Notes under the pieces: model-generated
Databases searched by the model: none
Told to the model about the DNA's origin: nothing
The model's input: the letters and a program-made list of their open reading frames with translations, nothing else
Part shown: positions 56,841 through 64,000 of the stretch, one piece after another
Numbering within the stretch: position 1 is the first letter of the stretch
How the letters are laid out: each line of letters starts with the position of its first letter
Program-made: the position numbers and the translations under genes
Origin: Hyaloraphidium curvatum SAG 235-1
Taxonomy: Eukaryota > Fungi > Monoblepharomycota
DNA length: 64,000 nt
Direction: 5' to 3'
NCBI GenBank assembly: GCA_025558095.1
Contig: JAIVFI010000002.1
Span: 1 to 64,000, forward strand

Positions 56841-59087
56841 CTATCCAACGATGTGGATTCCCGAGTAGGCCATGTCCAGCATCGATTCCTTGGGTGGTTG
56901 CGGCACGATCCACGGCCGGTCGGCCTTGGTCGCCTCGAAATCTGACCAGACCGGGTATCGCATGATCGCGGCGAGCTCGGACGGCATCCCAGGGAAGTAG
57001 ATCCGCCTGGTCTCCGTGCCGTCGGCCTTTTGCACGGCGTAGTAGCCCGAGCAGGACGAGCGGGTGCCGGTCTGTGGCGCGGAGTGGGCGTCAGAGGCTG
57101 CCGCGATCAATCCTGCGCAGGACATACCGGCGTGCCCTTCACCCCGTCGTCGATCCGCTTGCACCACGCCAGCACGGCCTCGTGGGTCGGGCTGATGGCC
57201 TTGATCCCGTTGCGGATCGCGTGGCCGATGACCTTGCAGGCAAAGTCGATGTGCGTCTCGATGGCCTCGATCACAGAGTCTGCCAAAGGGAGGCGTCAGC
57301 GGACCGCTCCGGCCACTGCGGCGGCGACACCCACAGAGCGGCAGACCCAGCGCGTTGCCGGGCGTGAAGAAATTCGGGAACTTATCAAGCATAACGCCGA
57401 AGTATTGCTGCATTTCCATGTTCTCCAGGCCGCCCTCGTCGATGTTCATCATGCGGATCGGGTAGTCGATTCCGCCGACGCCGAGAATGGGAATGCCGGC
57501 GGGCTTCCCGCCAGTGATCGCCCAGCCAGTGGCGTCTACCGTGGGAGGATCATCAGCCTGGCTCGATCGCCAGCGGGCCCCACGAAGCGGAACCCACAGA
57601 TGATCACGTCGAACTCGCGCTTCTTGAGCTCCGCCTTCTCGTCCGGCACCGGGTCGCGGGGGTCCTGGAGCGCCGTCACGATGCCGTCCTTCTCGATCCG
57701 CACGATCCGCTCCTGCACGAGCTCGACGTTGGGGCGGTTGAGGGCGGGGTAGAACTGGTCGTGGAAGAGGACGCGGCGGCACCAGGGATGGAACTGGCAG
57801 GCATAAAAGGTCGCGGGGAGGAGGAGCAGCAGCGCCGCGAAGGGCGGGGAGAGTGAGGGGGAGAGTGAGGAGCGTGGGAAGAAAGGAGTCATGGTTAGCA
57901 GCTGGCAGTGGCCGTGACAATCGAGACCTACGGTAGGCCAGAGGATCTCGCGGAGCTTGGGGTCCTTGATGTTGGTCTCCAGGTTCCTCCTTGCGCTCTC
58001 GACCGTCTTCTTGTACTCGTCGCTCCCCTCCCGGAACGCCGTATCGTGCCAGTTTTTGGCAAAGGTATACTCGAACTTGGCGCGGAAGGACCTCAGCTCC
58101 AGCGGGTTCTCCCTCCACCTCTTCTTCTGCTCCTCCGGGTACGGCTCGTTGGGCCTCTCCACGACGTGGTTGGGCGTGCGGTGGTACACGGCCAGGCTGG
58201 TCGCCACCGCCGCGATCTCGGGCACCAGCTGCACCGCCGCCGCCGCGCAGCCCACCAGCGCCACGCGCTTCCCCATGAGCCGGTCGATCCCGTCCCTGGG
58301 CCACCGCATGCTGTGCCACCAGTCGCCCTCGAACACGCCCTCGACGGCGCCGGGGATCAGAGGCAGTCCGGGCTCGTTGGTGGCGTGGCTGGTGTTGAAC
58401 AGAAAGTTGACCTCAAAGTGCCCCGTCGAGCCCTCGATGACCTGGGACTCCTTCGTCGCCGGCAGCCCGTCATCGCGGGGCACGAGGTCGTGGTACGTGA
58501 CCCTCCAGACGCCCTCGTCCGCGAGCCATTCCGCCTTCTCGTGGCGGCGGTTGAACGTGAAGTATTTTTCCACGTCGAACCGCTTGGCGACGGACTGGAT
58601 GTAGACCAGTAGCTCCGTCTGAGGAGGGAACGGGCGGCTCCAATCGGGGTTCAAGGCGAAGGAGTAGGAGTCTGAGGGGGGGAAGGATCACTAGTGATCC
58701 CTGGCCAGAGCGAGGCGCAGTGGACCCACAGACGTGTGCGGGAACGTCGCACGCGAGGCCTGGATACGAACTTCAAACTTTCGGAGTCCGTCGCGCGGTT
58801 AGAACTCGTCCGAAGGCAGCTGACTCCCTGAAGACACCCACCCAGTTGCCGCCGGGCGCCGGGTGCCGCTCGATCCCGATGATGTCCTCGATGCCGAGCT
58901 TCTCCCTGACAAAGATCGTCGCTGGAGGCAGGAGCGCGATTCAGGCCGGAATCGGGCGGCGCGCAAGCGGAAGAGAGCGCGGACCTGCGATACCGGCCAG
59001 TCCGCAGCCTATGATCCCCACGCGGGGACTGCGGCCCTCGGGAGCCGCGTGGGCCGTGCCGTTGGCGACAGGCGCCGTGTCAGGCAT
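56841..59087 (-). CDS. Flavin-containing Baeyer-Villiger-type monooxygenase (multi-exon)
   Basis: IIGCGLAGI, GGNW, YPGLACDVPAH, YSFALNPDWS, BVMO fingerprint FEGDWWHSMRW, ATGW, FPNFF. Confidence 0.9.
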
Positions 59088-59477
59088 GGTTTCGCGCAGG
59101 TCAGGTCCCGAGTGGCCCGAGTCGGCGATGGTTGGAGTTGAGGTGGGTTCCGGTGGCGGGAGGTTCCGCCCCACCGATTCTCCGACAAATGCCGACTGTG
59201 GCGAACCGAATACTTCCCTCGTTCCCCCTGATGGACATCGGGTTTGCCGCGGTAGCTTCCAATAAGTTTATCTGCAGGGAGCTTGAAAGATCCGACGCAC
59301 CGCAGAGCTAGTTCGCATCGATGCAGCACGAGGATACAGCTCGAGGCTCTACGCTGCGGCACAAACAAGTCTCTGTTCGTCGTACTCGCCAGTAAGATGC
59401 ATCATCATAGAGCTGAATCTCATCATGTCGGAAAGTTAAGAATGGGAACCGAAACTGGGCGCCATCACAGTGCCGTA

Positions 59478-60000
59478 ATGACTCCGGAAGAGCGACTTGA
59501 CGCACTCGGAATCAAGCTACCCCCGGTGCCGCAGCCGGCGGGCACTTACATCCCGTGGAAACGCGTCGGCCACACGGCTTACTTGGCCGGGCAAGGCCCC
59601 CGCAAAGAAGATGGAGCTTTCGCGACAGGGAAGGTCGGGGACACGATTACCGCCGAGGAAGCGTACGAGCACGCGCGTCTCGTTGGGTTGGGAATCTTGG
59701 CGGCCGCGAAAGAGGCTGCCGGAGGGGACCTTTCGAAAGTCGAGTTCCTGAAGGTCTTGGGGATGGTGAATGGTGCGTCGACGCGTCTCCCGGCCTTCCT
59801 GGTCGTGTTACCAAGTCTAGACACCTGCTTTAGCCGTTCCAGAATTCGGAGACCACCCGAGAGTCATCAACGGGTTCTCGGATTTGATCGTCGAAGTGCT
59901 GGGCGACCGCGGAAAACACGCCCGCAGCGCCGTCGGCATGTCTTCGCTGCCCATCGGGATCTCGGTCGAGGTTGAGGCTGTAATTCACATTCATGAGTGA
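59478..60000 (+). CDS. RidA/YjgF superfamily protein (bacterial Rid1-like; 2 exons)
   Basis: RLDALGIKLP..P.PAGTY, LAGQGP, GKVG, HPRVINGFSDL, GKHARSAVGMSSLP...VEVE. Intron 59773-59833. Confidence 0.9.
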
Positions 60001-60279
60001 TTTCAACTCCGTAAAATGGCATCTTTCCTCATCTACAAGGGTGCGTGGTGCTGTCTACGGTCAAGGCGATCGCCGTCCCTTTCCGGCCGTGAAGACGCGC
60101 TGGATGCCAAGCTCTTGCTTCATTGAGAATCACTAGCCTGTTTATGTGTCTTGCAGTCCGTCAGAGGTTCGGTGCCCGATAGAAGCCCTCACTCGTGGGA
60201 GACGATGGGCGGCGGAGCGGAAGGATGGTCCCAGGTTGCCTCTTGCCACACCCGACACTAGAACCGCGTCAGCAGCGCC

Positions 60280-62067
60280 ATGGGTCCGGAGAGCGGTGCC
60301 GACGCAAAGACCGTGGTCTCAGATGAGGGGCTGCCGGGCTGGGAGCCGGTCAGCGGCGTTGCTGGCGTCGCCGCCGTGCCGAGTGACGGGGAACTCGGGG
60401 CACCTGAGGGTGCCTGGGTCGCGGACACTCCCTCGGATCCCGCCGGAAAAATAGCCGCGGCGTCTATCAAGGTGCCCATGGACGGCGAGCTCTTTCCCGG
60501 ATCGAAGGACGAGATGGTGGTGGATACTGCGGAGAAGGGGGAAAACGACGAGACGGCGGCGGCCCCTCCCCCGCCCCCCATGAGCATTCGGCAGACGCCA
60601 TTCAGGGCCTGGATGGTTCTCCTCGCCGCGTTCGTTGCCCAGCTCTTTACCTGGGGGTTCATCTTTGCGGGTGGAATCTGGCAGCGCTACTTCTTCACGA
60701 CCAACTTCTTCCCGGGCGCCACGCAGTCGGACCTTGCGTGGATAGGGTCTATTGCCTACACCGTGTGCATGGCGTTCGGGTTGGTTTCGGGGCCGATGTC
60801 GGACTACATCGGTCACCGCTGGGTCTTCATCATCGGCACGGGGCTCTACGCGGTCTCGTTCCTCCTCGCGTCCTTCGCCGTCGCCGCGTGGCAGCTGTAC
60901 CTCACCCACGGAGTCCTGTGGGGCCTGGCTATCGCATGCATCTACGTGCCCGCGAGCGGCGTCATCGTGCAGCACTGGAAGCACCAGGTCCCCTTCGCGA
61001 TCGCCATCTCGGGCATGGGCAGCGGGATCGGCGGTTTCATGTGGCCGGCGACCCTGCAGGCCATGCTGGACGCCTTGGGACCGCGGTGGAGCTACCGCAT
61101 CATGGCAGCGTCCGGGCTGTTCGTGCTCAGCCTCTGTGCCTGGGCGCTGAAGCCGCTGGAGCTGTCGGCACGGGCCAAGAGGAAAGTGGAGGGTGGGGAG
61201 CGCAAGCCGTTCATCGACGTGAGGCTGTTCACGAACTGGCATTACTGGTACGCCGGCTTGAGTCGCGCGTCGATCCATTCCTTAATCTTTCGATCGACAC
61301 AGGCTCATTTCGGGAGCCGGCGGCATCCTCGCGATCGGCCTGTACGTGCCGACGTATTATCTCGCGCAGTATGCCACGGACGTAGGGCTCGATGCCACCA
61401 CCGGCTCGCTGCTTATCGCCGTCTTGAACGGCAGCTCGCTTCTAATGCGACTTGTCCAAAGCCCGCTCGCCAAGCTTCTGGGGAGCAACACCAACTTCGC
61501 CATGTTCATCGCGCTCGGTGCGCTCTGTCAGCTCGTCATCTGTGGGTCGAAACTTCGCAACCATCCTCGTCCACTAACATCTCTTTCTCTAGGGCCCTTC
61601 AGCAAGAACCTGGCCTCGCTAATGGTCTTTTCTATCCTCTGTACGTCCGGCGGGAAGCGACCGACATGCCGCGCCAGTGCTGATTCCCTCCAATCAGACG
61701 GTTTTTTCGCGACCGGAGGCTGCTTCGGCTTCATGCCTCGTGGGTCTCCTGGCCTGTGCGAGCTGCCCCATTCTCACGCTTGCCTTCACCAGTCGTCGTC
61801 TTCAACGCCTTCCCGCACGCCTACGCGAGCGCCATCGGGATCATCTTCGCTTGGTGCGCCCCGGGAGGGCTGATCGGACCGGTCGTCAGCGGCGTCCTGT
61901 TTGACATCAACAGCACGTACACGAACGGCGTTCGCACTACGAACTATATACCTATGATGATGTTCGGCGGGGGAACGCTCCTGTTCGCCTCGTTCTTTGC
62001 GGTGGCTGAGCTGATGCTGTTGAGAAGGGAGCGCGGCATCCCGCTGGGCAAGTGGGTGCCGATCTGA
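60280..62067 (+). CDS. MFS monocarboxylate transporter (MCT/MCH-like; multi-exon)
   Basis: AWMVLLAAF...TWGF...GIWQRYF, LAWIGSI, LYLTHGVLWG, GSGIGG, GLIGPVVSGVL. Confidence 0.88.
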
Positions 62068-62122
62068 ACGCTAGAGAAACGTGTAATCGGTCAATGTGGT
62101 GAACTCTTCTTTGGTGTCTTTC

Positions 62123-63647
62123 ATGCTGCTGGTGTTCCCGCCCGCTCAGGGGGACCGCGTTTCCAGCGGGTCGGCGGTCCCGCTGCCCAGTTCTGTTTCA
62201 ACTTGCATACCGTCGCTGCACGCGTCCGACGGCCTCAAACTGGAGGGCGACCACCCCTACAAAAATGATCCCGTCCCGACGGAGGGGCAGTGCGGCGCCG
62301 CGATCGCGCGGATGGTCGGGCGCACGCGCTGGATCGACGTGGCGCGCGCGTTGGCACCGACAGATCCCGGCCACGGCGTGACCGTGCAGGACCCGAGCCC
62401 CGCCGGGTGTGATTTCGTTCGGCTTCACAGAACGATCTCCGGGCAAGGCGGCGAGCTGGAGCTGCTCGCGCCCGACGTGGCCGAGCTGGAGCTGCGCCGG
62501 GTCGTCTCCGCCTCGTTCCTTGAATGCAAGGCCGGCCAGAGGATGAAGTTCTTCGACGCAACGATGGAGTGGGTGGCGGCCGCCGAGGCTGAACGGGCAC
62601 ATCTGTCGCCCGGCCAGAGGACCAGCGCGGTGGAGGCTCTGCGGCAAGAGACCGCCCCGCAGCGGTGGCAGCAGTTTGCCGACGCAGCAATCGCCCGGGC
62701 GAGAGCGCACGGCGGGGCTTACAGCATCCTCCGCTACCGGCTCCACCATTTCTTCAGCAAGGCGCAGGTCAAGGGAAAGATCCCGCAACAGCACGGCGCT
62801 CACGAGCAAATCATCGGCTCGGCCGGCCACCGCATCAACGCCATGGGCATCCCCGATGCCGTGGACCTCTCTGCGCACCTCGCTCTCCTGGGCGACGCGA
62901 CGGCGGCGTCCGGCGTAGCGGGAGTGCTCTACCGGACTCACGACTCGCGCATTTTGTGCCCCCTGGGCGACAATGGCGTCCCGCTCCGGCCGTGGACGCA
63001 GCCGGACAAGGATTCGGACTTTGATGCGACGCGCGTGCGTATCCATTACGAGACGGCGCGGTCCAACGACGTCCGCGGTGCGGCCAGGGGCGCGATCATC
63101 CGCGAGTTTTCGATGACGTATCTGGATTCCAGCAGCGAAACGCCGCCCAGCGGGATCACCACCGGGCCCTGCTACTTCTGCTCCCGCCTCACGGGCCGCT
63201 ACTACACCCGCACAATGCCCATATCAAAGGACCACGTTAATCGCCCGCTGGATCCCCTCGCAGAGGAGTTCTGTTTTCTGGTGTGCACCGCCTCGGCTAC
63301 GAGCAGATGCGCGGCCAAGGGCAAGTCCGAGATGGATCGGCTCGTGGCGGCCTTCGTCGGGGTGCCAGATCTTTGCGTTGGCGAGCTCTGCTGGAACCCC
63401 ACGTGCGTGCGGCAGGGCAAGGGGGATGATGCTGGGAAGTACAAGAGATGCAGCCGCTGCAGGGCTGCGAGATGTGAGCTTCGATGCCACACGGACCTTG
63501 CTTCGTTCCTGCTCATGTGAGCTCCTTCCAGATTGCTCGGTCGAGTGCCAGAAGGAGGATTGGCCGCGGCACAAGGTCGATTGCAAGCGGCAGGAGGACG
63601 CGGAGGAAGCCACGGTTGCGGGCATCGGTGCCCTGTCGTTGGACTGA
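62123..63647 (+). CDS. MYND-type zinc finger protein (2 exons; start uncertain, alternative ATG at 62312)
   Basis: CWNPTC...KRCSRCRAARYCSVECQKEDWPRHKVDC after removing intron 63474-63531; additional CYFC...LVC...C cluster upstream. Confidence 0.75.
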
Positions 63648-64000
63648 TCGCTCGCCGGACGCAAAGAGTCTTGTCACGGACGGTTTCCACAGGTTGTAGC
63701 CGTCCACACGCGGAAATGGCTGGCCGAATATCCCGAATCAGATATACTCACTTCGAACTCTTGCCTTCGCGAGAGGTATGGTCACCGGCACCGCAACGGC
63801 GCTTTTGTGATGGCTGGCGCGCGTCACTTCATCGGTCCATGTCCACCACACTCACCCTCGCACATCCTTCGCTCTTGCTCTCCAAACGATGGCAGACTTT
63901 ACCGGTGTGTAGAGCGGCGGACATGTTGACCTTGTCTGAGCCCGCTCCGTCCCGCGCACCGTGCTTTCTGGCAGCGGCCCGCTTCTTCACCACCGCCGAG

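Overview
This is GC-rich eukaryotic DNA with about 35 closely spaced protein-coding genes. Many are split by short (mostly 50-90 nt) GT-AG introns with CTGAC/CTCAC-type branch points, so the raw ORF track is often out of register with the real gene models. A Zn(II)2Cys6-type regulator and an Mrp51-like mitoribosomal gene indicate a fungus. High GC, tiny introns and many bacterial-type enzymes suggest an early-diverging lineage, possibly Monoblepharidomycota such as Hyaloraphidium (inference only). Housekeeping genes (UBC1-like E2, family X DNA polymerase, MFSD5, GalE, DGAT2) are mixed with bacterial-like catabolic enzymes, several ending in peroxisomal PTS1 signals, and with lineage-specific secreted and MYND-finger paralogs. 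The most striking observation is a clean 122-bp inversion (29960-30081) inside a minus-strand MYND gene: its central 40 codons lie on the opposite strand, and flipping them restores one continuous reading frame. Other highlights are a stand-alone MICAL-type monooxygenase, a candidate insect-chemoreceptor-like (7TMIC/GRL) membrane protein, a head-to-head pair of polyglycine secreted/GPI proteins, an unnamed domain shared by two MYND proteins, a tandem pair of small Cys-rich secreted proteins (one with a knottin), and an S1 protease gene bracketed by a 39-bp inverted repeat. No rRNA, tRNA, CRISPR array or transposase was recognised. All family assignments are from motif recognition by eye, not database searches.
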